A stretch of 63,708 nucleotides of DNA, filler included. It is 4 parts of 4 records of this genome, joined end to end, with 100 filler letters (N's around TTAATTAATTAA, not from the genome) between each part and the next. Parts side by side here need not be neighbours in the genome. Positions count along the whole stretch, not along the records: positions 41,196 to 55,769 come from SRR22947727_50; positions 55,870 to 63,708 come from SRR22947727_70; 2 more parts are not named here. One strand, 5' to 3'. Below the pieces are notes generated by a model. That model searched no databases, was not told the origin of the DNA, and saw only the letters and a program-made list of their open reading frames with translations. Position numbers and translations under genes: made by a program. Shown here piece after piece: positions 49,652-58,861 of the stretch. The first letter of the stretch is position 1. The number at the start of each line of letters is the position of its first letter.

Positions 49652-50343
49652 AAGTCGTAATTTTAGCTGGTGGAAAAGGTACAAGAATATCAGAGTATAC
49701 AAAGATGATACCAAAGCCAATGGTCCAAATTGGATCAAAACCAATTCTAGAACATATAATTAATTATTATATGAAATATGGATTTAAAGATTTTTTAATA
49801 GCTAGTGGATATAAACATACAATAATTAAAAACTATTTTAAAAAAAAAAAAATTTCAGCCAATATTAATGTAATTAATACTGGTCTGGACTCGTTAACTG
49901 GCAGAAGATTAATTAAATTAAAAAATGAATTAAAAGAAACATTTATGCTTACTTATGGAGATGGATTGTCAAACGTAAATTTAAATGACCTTCTTAAATT
50001 TCATAAAAAAAATAAAAAGAAAATTACTGTAACAGCAGTTCATCCCCCTGCTAGGTTTGGAGAATTGAGCATTAATAAAAATCTTGTCTCAGAGTTTGAA
50101 GAAAAGCCTCAATTACAAAAAGGTTGGATTAATGGAGGTTTTTTTGTAGTAGAGCCTGATTTTTTAGAATTAATTGGTAAAAAAAATGTAATGCTTGAAA
50201 GATCTCCTTTAATAAAAGCTGTTAAAACAAAAAATTTAGCTGCGTATAGACATACAGATTTTTGGTTTTGTATGGATACTCTCAGAGACAAAAAGGTATT
50301 GGATGAAATGGTAAAAAATAAAAATTCTCCATGGACTAAATAA
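49648..50343 (+). CDS. rfbF: Glucose-1-phosphate cytidylyltransferase
   Basis: VVILAGGKGTR, PKPM, TYGDG, INGGFF, FW.CMDTLRD. Start at ATG 49648. Confidence 0.9.
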   Translation: MKVVILAGGKGTRISEYTKMIPKPMVQIGSKPILEHIINYYMKYGFKDFLIASGYKHTIIKNYFKKKKISANINVINTGLDSLTGRRLIKLKNELKETFMLTYGDGLSNVNLNDLLKFHKKNKKKITVTAVHPPARFGELSINKNLVSEFEEKPQLQKGWINGGFFVVEPDFLELIGKKNVMLERSPLIKAVKTKNLAAYRHTDFWFCMDTLRDKKVLDEMVKNKNSPWTK

Positions 50344-51221
50344 TGCCAAGAATAGCAATCTTTGGAGGTACTGGCTATTTAGCAACAATTATTAAACAAC
50401 AAAATTATTCAAAAAAGAATAAATATATTTTTTTTTCGAGAAAAAAAAATTCTAAAAATTATATTAATTTTTCAAATTTTGAAAAAAATAAATTTTTTTT
50501 AAAAAATATAGATTTTATAATTCATTTAATTGGCCCAAGTCAAAATCAATTAAAAAAAAATTCATCACTAGGAATTGATAAAAAACAAATAACTACTAAA
50601 ATTTGTGATTTGTGTATAGCTCATAATATAAAGTTAATTTATATTTCTTCTATGCAGGTATACAAAAATTATGGAAAAAGTAATCTTTCTATAAATTCTA
50701 GTATCAATTTAAAAAATTTATACGCAAAATCACACTTTGACTCAGAAAGAATAATTGAAAGAAAATTTCTTAATTATAAACATATGTACACAATTTTAAG
50801 AATGGGTAATGTTTTTGGTTTTAAAAATTATGTAAATATAAGAGAACTAAATAATAATATGATTCATGGATTATGCAATTCAGCGATCATAAAAAAGGAA
50901 ATTAATATTAAGAATGGTGATGTTCAAAGAACTTTTATACCATCAAAGATTTTTGTAAATATAATTAATAAAACAATACAAAAAAAAATTTTCAATAATT
51001 CAATAATGAATATTACTTACAAAAACTATAATTTAAAAAATATTGCTTTAATAATAAAAAAAAGATTTAAATTAATTTTTAATTTAAATATTAAAATTAA
51101 GATTGAAAATTTTAATGATAAAAAAAAATATTCAGTTTATACAAATAAAAAATATAAATTTAAATTTTTTGAAAAAAAAATATATGACGAAATAGATCAA
51201 GTTTTAAAAAATATTAAATAA
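50343..51221 (+). CDS. NAD-dependent epimerase/reductase (extended SDR)
   Basis: FGGTGYL, ISS..VY, YAKSH, LR.GNVFG. Confidence 0.75.
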   Translation: MPRIAIFGGTGYLATIIKQQNYSKKNKYIFFSRKKNSKNYINFSNFEKNKFFLKNIDFIIHLIGPSQNQLKKNSSLGIDKKQITTKICDLCIAHNIKLIYISSMQVYKNYGKSNLSINSSINLKNLYAKSHFDSERIIERKFLNYKHMYTILRMGNVFGFKNYVNIRELNNNMIHGLCNSAIIKKEINIKNGDVQRTFIPSKIFVNIINKTIQKKIFNNSIMNITYKNYNLKNIALIIKKRFKLIFNLNIKIKIENFNDKKKYSVYTNKKYKFKFFEKKIYDEIDQVLKNIK

Positions 51222-51274
51222 TAATTATGAATTATTTTATAAAGTAAATCTAATATTTTAGTAAATATGGAGAA

Positions 51275-52165
51275 TTGATTTTGAATAACAAAAATGAACA
51301 TCTCGTCTCAATAATTATTCCTACTTACAACCATGCAAGTTATCTTGGTCGTGCATTGCAATCAGTTATTAACCAAACCTATACAGATTGGGAAGCAATT
51401 GTAATCGATAATCACTCAACTGATAAAACGGATCAAGTAATGTTAAAATTTAAAGATCCTCGAATTAAATATTTAAAGATTAATAATGATGGCATAATTG
51501 CCAAATCAAGAAACAAAGGAATTAAAGTTGCTAAAGGAAAATGGGTTGCTTTTTTAGACTCTGATGATTGGTGGACTTCAGATAAGCTAAAAATGTGCTT
51601 AAGTTTTGCTAATGAAAATGTAGATTTAATTTATCATGATTTAAAAATTGAGTATGATAATAAAAAATTTTTTAGAAGGAAAAAAATTAAAACTCGTAAA
51701 TTGAAAAAACCTATATTAATAGATCTATTAGTTGCTGGTAATGCTATTGGGAATTCATCAGTTGTGTTACGCAAGAAGATACTTGAAAGAATTGGTGGAA
51801 TAGATGAAAGTAAAGAATTAGTTGCTGCAGAAGATTATAATGCGTGGTTAAAAATTTCCCAGTTAACTGATCAATTCTGTTATTTGCCAATGAAACTTGG
51901 TTATTATTTAATTCACAGTCAAAGCATTTCAAAAAAAAATATGTCTTTACCAGTTAGAAATGTTGTACGAAAATTTATGTCAGAATTAAATCGTAAGCAA
52001 AAAATAAAATTAGAAGCTAACCTAAGATATTTATCAGGACGCTTTTATTATCTAAATCATAATTTTGAAAAATCAAAAAAAGACTTGTTTTTCACATTAT
52101 GTCATGGATTTATTCATTTGAGATTTCGTGCTTTATTAATGATTTTTATCATGATTTTGAGATGA
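51275..52165 (+). CDS. Glycosyltransferase family 2
   Basis: VSIIIPTYN, IDNHSTD, FLDSDD, EDY. Confidence 0.9.
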   Translation: MILNNKNEHLVSIIIPTYNHASYLGRALQSVINQTYTDWEAIVIDNHSTDKTDQVMLKFKDPRIKYLKINNDGIIAKSRNKGIKVAKGKWVAFLDSDDWWTSDKLKMCLSFANENVDLIYHDLKIEYDNKKFFRRKKIKTRKLKKPILIDLLVAGNAIGNSSVVLRKKILERIGGIDESKELVAAEDYNAWLKISQLTDQFCYLPMKLGYYLIHSQSISKKNMSLPVRNVVRKFMSELNRKQKIKLEANLRYLSGRFYYLNHNFEKSKKDLFFTLCHGFIHLRFRALLMIFIMILR

Positions 52166-52278
52166 TTTATTTATGTAGTATGCATATACTATAAGCAATT
52201 ATTATTTTAAAATAATTTTGATAAAATTTTTTTTTAAACATTATTAATTAAAAAATTTGCCATGATAGATAGATTCAA

Positions 52279-53343
52279 ATGTTAGTTTATTGGTTTCCTT
52301 TTGTATTATCTCTATTCATGACTTTATATACAAATAATAAAAAAGAAAAAAAAAAATTCTTGAATTATTCATTTTCTTGGAAATTGTTATTCGTCTCTTT
52401 AGTTTTGATGATTGGCTTAAGATATGAAATAGGTGGTGATTGGAGCACTTATAATTCACAAATTGATAATATTAAAAATATTGATTTAATAGATGGTTTG
52501 ATAAAATACAGAGGGCAATTTTATCAGTTTTTTAATTTATTGGGAAAAAAATGGGGTGATATTTATTTAGTTAATACTATTTGTGCATTTATTTTCACGA
52601 TAGGTTTATTATCATTCTGTAGAACACAACCGCGGCCTTGGTTGGCTGTTTTAGTATCAGTCCCTTATCTTGTGACTGTTGTTGCTATGGGTTATACGCG
52701 ACAATCAGTTGCTATAGGTTTTGTTATGTTAGCTTTAGCAGCACTTTCTGATGGTCATGTTTATCGATATATCTTTTGGGTGCTTATAGGAGCAACTTTT
52801 CATAAAACTGCGATTATAATTTTACCTTTAGTAATTTTTTTTTCAGAAAAGCAAATAATTATAAGACTTTTTATGGTTATTATAATTTCATTGATATTTT
52901 ATGGGCTAATTTTTGAAGATTTTATGTCAGCATTTATAAAAATTTATCTTCAAAATCCAGTACAGTCTGATGGAACCATTATTCGTATACTTATGAATAT
53001 TTTACCTTCCCTAATCTTTCTGATCTATATTCGTCGTTTTAATTTATCTTTACCACATAAAAATTTTTGGATTTGGTTTGTTTTATCTGGTTTATCTTTA
53101 TCTGGATTGTTATTATTTTTAGAATCATCAACTGCTATTGATAGAATGGCACTTTATTGGTTACCACTACAAATATTTATTTGGTCAAGAATACCTGATG
53201 CATTAAGTAATTCTGCTTACTCTAAATTTATATGGATAATGTTTATTTCTTTATATAGTGGTTTAATATTATTAACATGGTTATTATTTGCTAGTCATGC
53301 TTACATGTGGATACCATATAAATTCTATCCATTTATGTTTTAA
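52279..53343 (+). CDS. EpsG-family polysaccharide polymerase (Wzy-like)
   Basis: GLRYEIGGDW..Y, RQSVA, FHKTA, DRMALY; multi-TM. Confidence 0.82.
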   Translation: MLVYWFPFVLSLFMTLYTNNKKEKKKFLNYSFSWKLLFVSLVLMIGLRYEIGGDWSTYNSQIDNIKNIDLIDGLIKYRGQFYQFFNLLGKKWGDIYLVNTICAFIFTIGLLSFCRTQPRPWLAVLVSVPYLVTVVAMGYTRQSVAIGFVMLALAALSDGHVYRYIFWVLIGATFHKTAIIILPLVIFFSEKQIIIRLFMVIIISLIFYGLIFEDFMSAFIKIYLQNPVQSDGTIIRILMNILPSLIFLIYIRRFNLSLPHKNFWIWFVLSGLSLSGLLLFLESSTAIDRMALYWLPLQIFIWSRIPDALSNSAYSKFIWIMFISLYSGLILLTWLLFASHAYMWIPYKFYPFMF

Positions 53344-53369
53344 AAATGTATAGAAATTTATTTAAAAAA

Positions 53370-54503
53370 TTATTTAGGCAATTTTAAATTATAAGCTTCA
53401 CCCCAAGTTTTATTGTAAGTTAAAATCATCTTACTGATATCAAATTTTTTTTTTATTCTTTGTCTCACTAAGTTACAGCGCTTTTGCCAGTTTTTTTTAT
53501 TTACTTCAATAATTGCTTGTTCAATTGCTTTGGCAAGTTTATAGGGATTTTTTGGAGGAACTATCCATCCAGAATTACCAACAATTAAAGCACAATCTCC
53601 AACATCCGTCACTACGCAAGGGGTGCCGCAAGCCATTGCTTCAGGTATTACATTTGGAAATCCTTCACTTTTACTACATAAAATATTTATATCTAGTCCA
53701 TTCATTACTTGAGGAATATCATTTTTTTTACCTAATAATTTAACATGATTATTTAATTGTAATTTTTTTATTTCTCGAATTACAAATTTATTTTTTTTAT
53801 TCATATCTGAACCGATAAGAACACATAAAAAATCTATATTTTTAAATTTAATTATAGAAAGTGCTTTAAATAAATTTGTATGGTCTTTGATTTGATGATA
53901 ACGAGCAACAATACCAATTAATGGTAATGATTTTTTAATCTTAAGTTTTTTACGAAAATATAATTTTTGTTTTTTATTAGGTTTTAGTAACGATAGATCA
54001 TAACCGCTTGAAACTAAACGTAATTTTTTTTTTGAATATCTAAGTTTTTCACAGTTAACTTTTGAACTCTTTGATACAACTATAATTAATTTAGGTAGTA
54101 AGTATGAAAGTCTTGCTAATAATTTTATTAACAAAATAGTTCTTAATCTTACAGAGCCAATTTCTAGTTTTGAGTAAACTATATTCCATACTATATTTCT
54201 CATACCAGCTAATCTTGCAGCTATACTACCTACAAAATCTCCATGGATAAGCCATGTTTGTACAACATTAGGTTTTAAAAAACGAATTAATTTAACAAGA
54301 TCAAAAAATTTAAAAACTGAATAAGATGTCATATTCATGCAATAAATTTTAATACCTAACTTTTTTAATAATGAAAAATATTTATCTCCATTGGTAAGTG
54401 AAATAACAATATGTTCATTAGATATGTCATACTTGCAAATCTTATATAAAATATTTTCGGCACCACCATCTTTTAAACCAGTAATAATATGAATAATTTT
54501 CAT
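53370..54503 (-). CDS. Glycosyltransferase family 4
   Basis: GGAE, EGFPNV..EAMACG, TDVGD. Confidence 0.9.
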   Translation of the reverse strand: MKIIHIITGLKDGGAENILYKICKYDISNEHIVISLTNGDKYFSLLKKLGIKIYCMNMTSYSVFKFFDLVKLIRFLKPNVVQTWLIHGDFVGSIAARLAGMRNIVWNIVYSKLEIGSVRLRTILLIKLLARLSYLLPKLIIVVSKSSKVNCEKLRYSKKKLRLVSSGYDLSLLKPNKKQKLYFRKKLKIKKSLPLIGIVARYHQIKDHTNLFKALSIIKFKNIDFLCVLIGSDMNKKNKFVIREIKKLQLNNHVKLLGKKNDIPQVMNGLDINILCSKSEGFPNVIPEAMACGTPCVVTDVGDCALIVGNSGWIVPPKNPYKLAKAIEQAIIEVNKKNWQKRCNLVRQRIKKKFDISKMILTYNKTWGEAYNLKLPK

Positions 54504-54738
54504 AAATTTATCTAATTTACTAACCTTTTTTACTTAAGAAACTAACTTTTATAAATATTTTTATATTAAATATAATTATTTATATCAATTTCATAACTTC
54601 ATAATAATTGCTAGTTTATTTTATATTCATTTTAGTTGCATATGTTATAACAATTTATTTAGAGTTAATAATTTTGACAATCTTATTTGAACACTACTTA
54701 AATTCTTTTATTATGAAAATGAATAGTTTTTAAAATTT

Positions 54739-55758
54739 ATGAATAATGATATTAAAAAGATTATTGTTACTGGATCAGCTGGTTTTATTGGTTTTTCGCT
54801 TTGTATAAATCTTTTAGACTCAGGAAACAAAGTGATAGGTGTTGACAATCATAATGATTATTATGATCCAAGAATAAAAGAGTCGAGATTTAAAATACTT
54901 GCAAAATACCCAAATTATCAACATTATCAAATAGATCTTAGTGATCAAAAAAGTTTAGAAAAAGTTTTTAGCGACCACAAACCGGAGAAAGTGGTAAACT
55001 TAGCAGCACAAGCAGGTGTGCGTTACTCTATTGAAAATCCTTTAGCATATATTAGTAGCAACATTGTTGGTTTTACTCATATTTTAGAAAATTGTCGTAA
55101 CTATAAAGTTGAACATTTAGTTTATGCTAGCTCTTCAAGTGTCTATGGAGCTAATACTAAAATGCCTTTTTCAGAACATGATAGTGCAAATCATCCTTTA
55201 TCTCTTTATGCAGCATCTAAAAAATCTAACGAGTTAATGGCACACTCATATAGCTATCTTTACGAATTGCCAACAACTGGGCTGAGATTTTTTACAGTTT
55301 ATGGCCCTTGGGGAAGACCTGATATGGCTCTTTTTAAATTTACCAAAGCCATTTTGGAAGAAAAAACTATAGATGTGTTTAATTATGGAAAACATACCCG
55401 AGATTTTACCTATATTGACGATATTGTTTCTGGAATAATAAAAACTCTTGATAACCCAGCAACTAGCAATATTGATTGGAATAGCAAACTTCCAGATCCA
55501 TCAAGTAGTAAGGCACCATGGCGTATTTATAATATCGGCAATAGCAAACCCGTGGAACTTATGGAATACATAAATGCTCTTGAAAAATCACTTAAAAAAA
55601 AAGCAAAGGTAAATTTCTTACCTCTACAGATGGGCGATGTACCAGATACTCATGCAGATATATATAATTTAAAAAATAGATTTAACTATAATCCTTTAAC
55701 ATCAGTTTATGAAGGAGTTTCTAAATTTGTAGATTGGTATAAAAGTTATTATCTATAA
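54739..55758 (+). CDS. UDP-glucuronate 4-epimerase-like NAD-dependent epimerase
   Basis: [39 protein letters not shown]. Confidence 0.9.
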   Translation: MNNDIKKIIVTGSAGFIGFSLCINLLDSGNKVIGVDNHNDYYDPRIKESRFKILAKYPNYQHYQIDLSDQKSLEKVFSDHKPEKVVNLAAQAGVRYSIENPLAYISSNIVGFTHILENCRNYKVEHLVYASSSSVYGANTKMPFSEHDSANHPLSLYAASKKSNELMAHSYSYLYELPTTGLRFFTVYGPWGRPDMALFKFTKAILEEKTIDVFNYGKHTRDFTYIDDIVSGIIKTLDNPATSNIDWNSKLPDPSSSKAPWRIYNIGNSKPVELMEYINALEKSLKKKAKVNFLPLQMGDVPDTHADIYNLKNRFNYNPLTSVYEGVSKFVDWYKSYYL

Positions 55759-55769
55759 TGAACATTAAA

Positions 55770-55869
55770 NNNNNNNNNNNNNNNNNNNNNNNNNNNNNNN
55801 NNNNNNNNNNNNNTTAATTAATTAANNNNNNNNNNNNNNNNNNNNNNNNNNNNNNNNNNNNNNNNNNNN
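55770..55869. other. Artificial contig linker
   Basis: N44-TTAATTAATTAA-N44. Confidence 0.97.
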
Positions 55870-55870
55870 T

Positions 55871-56200
55871 GATATTGATTGGCAGGGTGCTGACCAAATA
55901 AAAAATAAAAAGTTAAATTACAAATTGATTACTTTTTTTATACTTCCTCCAAGCAAAAAAGTTTTATTTGAGAGATTGTCAAATAGAGATATGAAAGACA
56001 AATTAATTGTAGAAGAAAGAATGAAAGAATTTAGTAGAGATGTGCTGCACTGGATAAATTATGATTATGTAATTATAAATGATGATCTTGAAGAGTGCTA
56101 TGCAAAAATTAACAATTTAATTGAAGCAGAAGTTAATAATGGCTCAAAAGATTACGATAAAGAGTTTATCAGAAAACATGTCGATTTATTAACTACCTGA
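55871..56200 (+). CDS. gmk: Guanylate kinase, C-terminal part (5'-truncated)
   Basis: [27 protein letters not shown]; convergent with rsmA as in Alphaproteobacteria. Confidence 0.9.
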   Translation, partial: DIDWQGADQIKNKKLNYKLITFFILPPSKKVLFERLSNRDMKDKLIVEERMKEFSRDVLHWINYDYVIINDDLEECYAKINNLIEAEVNNGSKDYDKEFIRKHVDLLTT

Positions 56201-56977
56201 TTCTTCAAATTCCTTAACTAGCTTAAAATATACTTCAGGTTCTAAATTTTGTGGTCTTAAATTTAAATCAATATTAAATTTTTCAGATACTTTTTTTGGA
56301 ACTTTGAAAACCTGGTTAAATGGTTTTTTTAACATTTTTCTTCTTTGGCTAAAAAAAACTCTTGTAATCATCTCAAGATTTTTAGGATTCTTTAATTTAA
56401 AAAATTTATCTTTAGGAGTAAATAGTAACAAAGAACTATTAACTTTAGGTTTTGGAGAAAAACTTTCTGGTTTAATATCTATTATTTTTTTAATATTCAA
56501 TTTCCAATTTGATAAAATTGATAGCCGTCCATAATTGGAAGTATTTGTTTTTGCAATAATTCTATCTGCAACTTCTTTTTGAAACATCAAAACTAAACTA
56601 TCAAACCAAAATTCATTATTTAATCTTATGATCCATTTTGACAAAATTTCTGTAGAGATATTGTATGGAAGATTTCCAAATACTGTTAATTTTTCATTGC
56701 AAATTTTATTTGCATCTATATTTAAAACGTCATCATTAATTATATTAATTTCGTTATCAAATTTTTCTTTTAACAACAACGCTAAATCGTCATCTTTTTC
56801 TATAACAAATATTTTCTGTGGGTTTTTTTTGTAGATAAAAGATGTTAGATTTCCACTTCCCGGGCCTATTTCTAATATTGCTTTACCTTCAATTTTTACT
56901 GTATCAACTATTTGAGAAAGGACATTTCGATCAATTAAAAAGTTTTGTCCTAAACTTTTTTTTGCTTTAACAGTCAC
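56189..56977 (-). CDS. rsmA: 16S rRNA adenine dimethyltransferase
   Basis: [34 protein letters not shown]. Confidence 0.96.
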   Translation of the reverse strand: MTVKAKKSLGQNFLIDRNVLSQIVDTVKIEGKAILEIGPGSGNLTSFIYKKNPQKIFVIEKDDDLALLLKEKFDNEINIINDDVLNIDANKICNEKLTVFGNLPYNISTEILSKWIIRLNNEFWFDSLVLMFQKEVADRIIAKTNTSNYGRLSILSNWKLNIKKIIDIKPESFSPKPKVNSSLLLFTPKDKFFKLKNPKNLEMITRVFFSQRRKMLKKPFNQVFKVPKKVSEKFNIDLNLRPQNLEPEVYFKLVKEFEESGS

Positions 56978-57942
56978 TTATTGTCAAAAAATTTAAGAGC
57001 ACTTACAAGACTCTTTGGATTGGAAATATTTTTACCAAGCATTGAAAAATTTGGTCCATGATCTGGTGAAATTCTGATATAGGGTAGCCCCAGAGTAATA
57101 TTAATAGCATCAAATCCAAAAATAGTTTTGATAGGAGTTAAAACTTGGTCATGATACATTCCAATTATTACATCATAGTTCTTTGATTGCTCCTTTAAAA
57201 AAATTGTATCCGCTGCAAATGGACCAGAAACCTTATATTTATTTTTTATTAAATAGTTAATAGCAGGAATTATAATTTTTTTTTCTTCACTTGTTTCAAA
57301 GTTGCTTTCACAATGAGGATTTAAGCCTGTAATTGCAATTTTAGGTTTTTTATTAAATTTTTTATAATAAAAATTAACAATTAATTTAACTTGCTTAACA
57401 ATTTTTGCCTTAGATAAATATTTATGAACATTTTTTAGTGGTAAATGTGTTGTTAAAGGGCTTACAGATAATTTCTTATTATAAATTAACATTGCCACGT
57501 TATCTTTTGTATTAGTTTCGTGTGCTAAATATTCAGTAATACCTGGGAAATTTCCAGATAAAAAATGTCTTTTAGATATTGGTCCATTTATTAAACCAGC
57601 GCATTCATTTTTTTTTAACAACATACTAGCTATTTTGAAGCATTTAGAAATATATTTGTTAGATTTATTTGTTATTTTTTCAAAAGGTTTTTTAAATGAA
57701 AAATCAACATCAATTATATAAGTTCTAGAATTATTTAGTTTTGCCAAATCAAAATTATTTTTGCTAATTAAAAAAAATTTATGATTAATCTTCAATTTTT
57801 TCATTTGTTTGATCATCAAATTTTTAGAAACAATTAAAACTATTGGGTGTTTAAATCTATTTTTTTTCAGAGCCTTAAAAAAAATTTCAATAAATATACT
57901 AAACGGCTCTCCAGCAACAATTATTATTGGTTTATAATTCAT
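56974..57942 (-). CDS. pdxA: 4-hydroxythreonine-4-phosphate dehydrogenase
   Basis: TTHLPL, GLNPH, ADT, MYHDQ, TLGLP..R.SPDHG. Confidence 0.93.
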   Translation of the reverse strand: MNYKPIIIVAGEPFSIFIEIFFKALKKNRFKHPIVLIVSKNLMIKQMKKLKINHKFFLISKNNFDLAKLNNSRTYIIDVDFSFKKPFEKITNKSNKYISKCFKIASMLLKKNECAGLINGPISKRHFLSGNFPGITEYLAHETNTKDNVAMLIYNKKLSVSPLTTHLPLKNVHKYLSKAKIVKQVKLIVNFYYKKFNKKPKIAITGLNPHCESNFETSEEKKIIIPAINYLIKNKYKVSGPFAADTIFLKEQSKNYDVIIGMYHDQVLTPIKTIFGFDAINITLGLPYIRISPDHGPNFSMLGKNISNPKSLVSALKFFDNK

Positions 57943-58861
57943 GAATTTTTGTATTGATCTTAACTTTATTAAAATAGATTTTAGAAAATTGTTCCAGTTT
58001 TTTATCTATTTCAAAATTATAAATTTTATTAAATTCTTTTTCTTCATCAATTTCACTTTTTTCAAATTTTATATTATCAACCTTTAATATTAAAAAATTA
58101 GCACCTATTTTTATTGTTTCTGTGTAATCACCTAAATTTGTTTTGCTCAAGATTTTAGAAATTTTATCTGATAGGCTGATCTCATCTACCCATCCAATGC
58201 TTCCCCCATATTTATTGGTGTCTGCAATGCTGTAAAGATTTGCAGTATTTTTAAAACCTATCTCATTAATACTTTCAGAGATACTATCAACTTTATCTTT
58301 TAAAGATACATTTTGATCTTTTTCAAAAATTATTTCTGATAATTCATATATCTTTTTATCTTTAATCAATTTTCTTTTAGCAATTTTTTCGATAATAGCG
58401 TTTTTGTCAATATCAATCTGGTTTTTATACTTTTCAAAAATTAATTTGTTCCAATAATGATCTATTTCAATTTTTTTTTTAATACTTTCAATAGTTAAGT
58501 CATATGTATTTAAGAAAACTTCTAGCTCACTTAAATTGTTTAAATTCAATTTAATATAAAAATTTTTTAAAAAAGAATCTAAATTAGGATCTTCTTGATT
58601 TAATTCAAAATATTTTAATAGCTCCTTTTTTTTAATTGTTTCTTTGATTATTGATTTTTTTGCCAGATCTGTTAATTTTTTTTCATTTAGTGTTTCAAGA
58701 TTTGTATTTAAAGCAACTAAAAATTTAGCTTCTTTTTTGACATCAATATTTGTAATTATCTCCTCATCAATTTTGAATACAATATTAACATTCTCTAAAC
58801 TAAAAGCTTTTAAGTTTACTAGGATTACCAAAGTGATAAAAAAAATTATTTTTTGTTTCAT
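57932..58861 (-). CDS. surA: SurA-like periplasmic chaperone / PPIase
   Basis: IITNID, YELSEI, F...A..YS, GG.IGW; lptD-surA-pdxA-rsmA synteny. Confidence 0.78.
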   Translation of the reverse strand: MKQKIIFFITLVILVNLKAFSLENVNIVFKIDEEIITNIDVKKEAKFLVALNTNLETLNEKKLTDLAKKSIIKETIKKKELLKYFELNQEDPNLDSFLKNFYIKLNLNNLSELEVFLNTYDLTIESIKKKIEIDHYWNKLIFEKYKNQIDIDKNAIIEKIAKRKLIKDKKIYELSEIIFEKDQNVSLKDKVDSISESINEIGFKNTANLYSIADTNKYGGSIGWVDEISLSDKISKILSKTNLGDYTETIKIGANFLILKVDNIKFEKSEIDEEKEFNKIYNFEIDKKLEQFSKIYFNKVKINTKIHEL

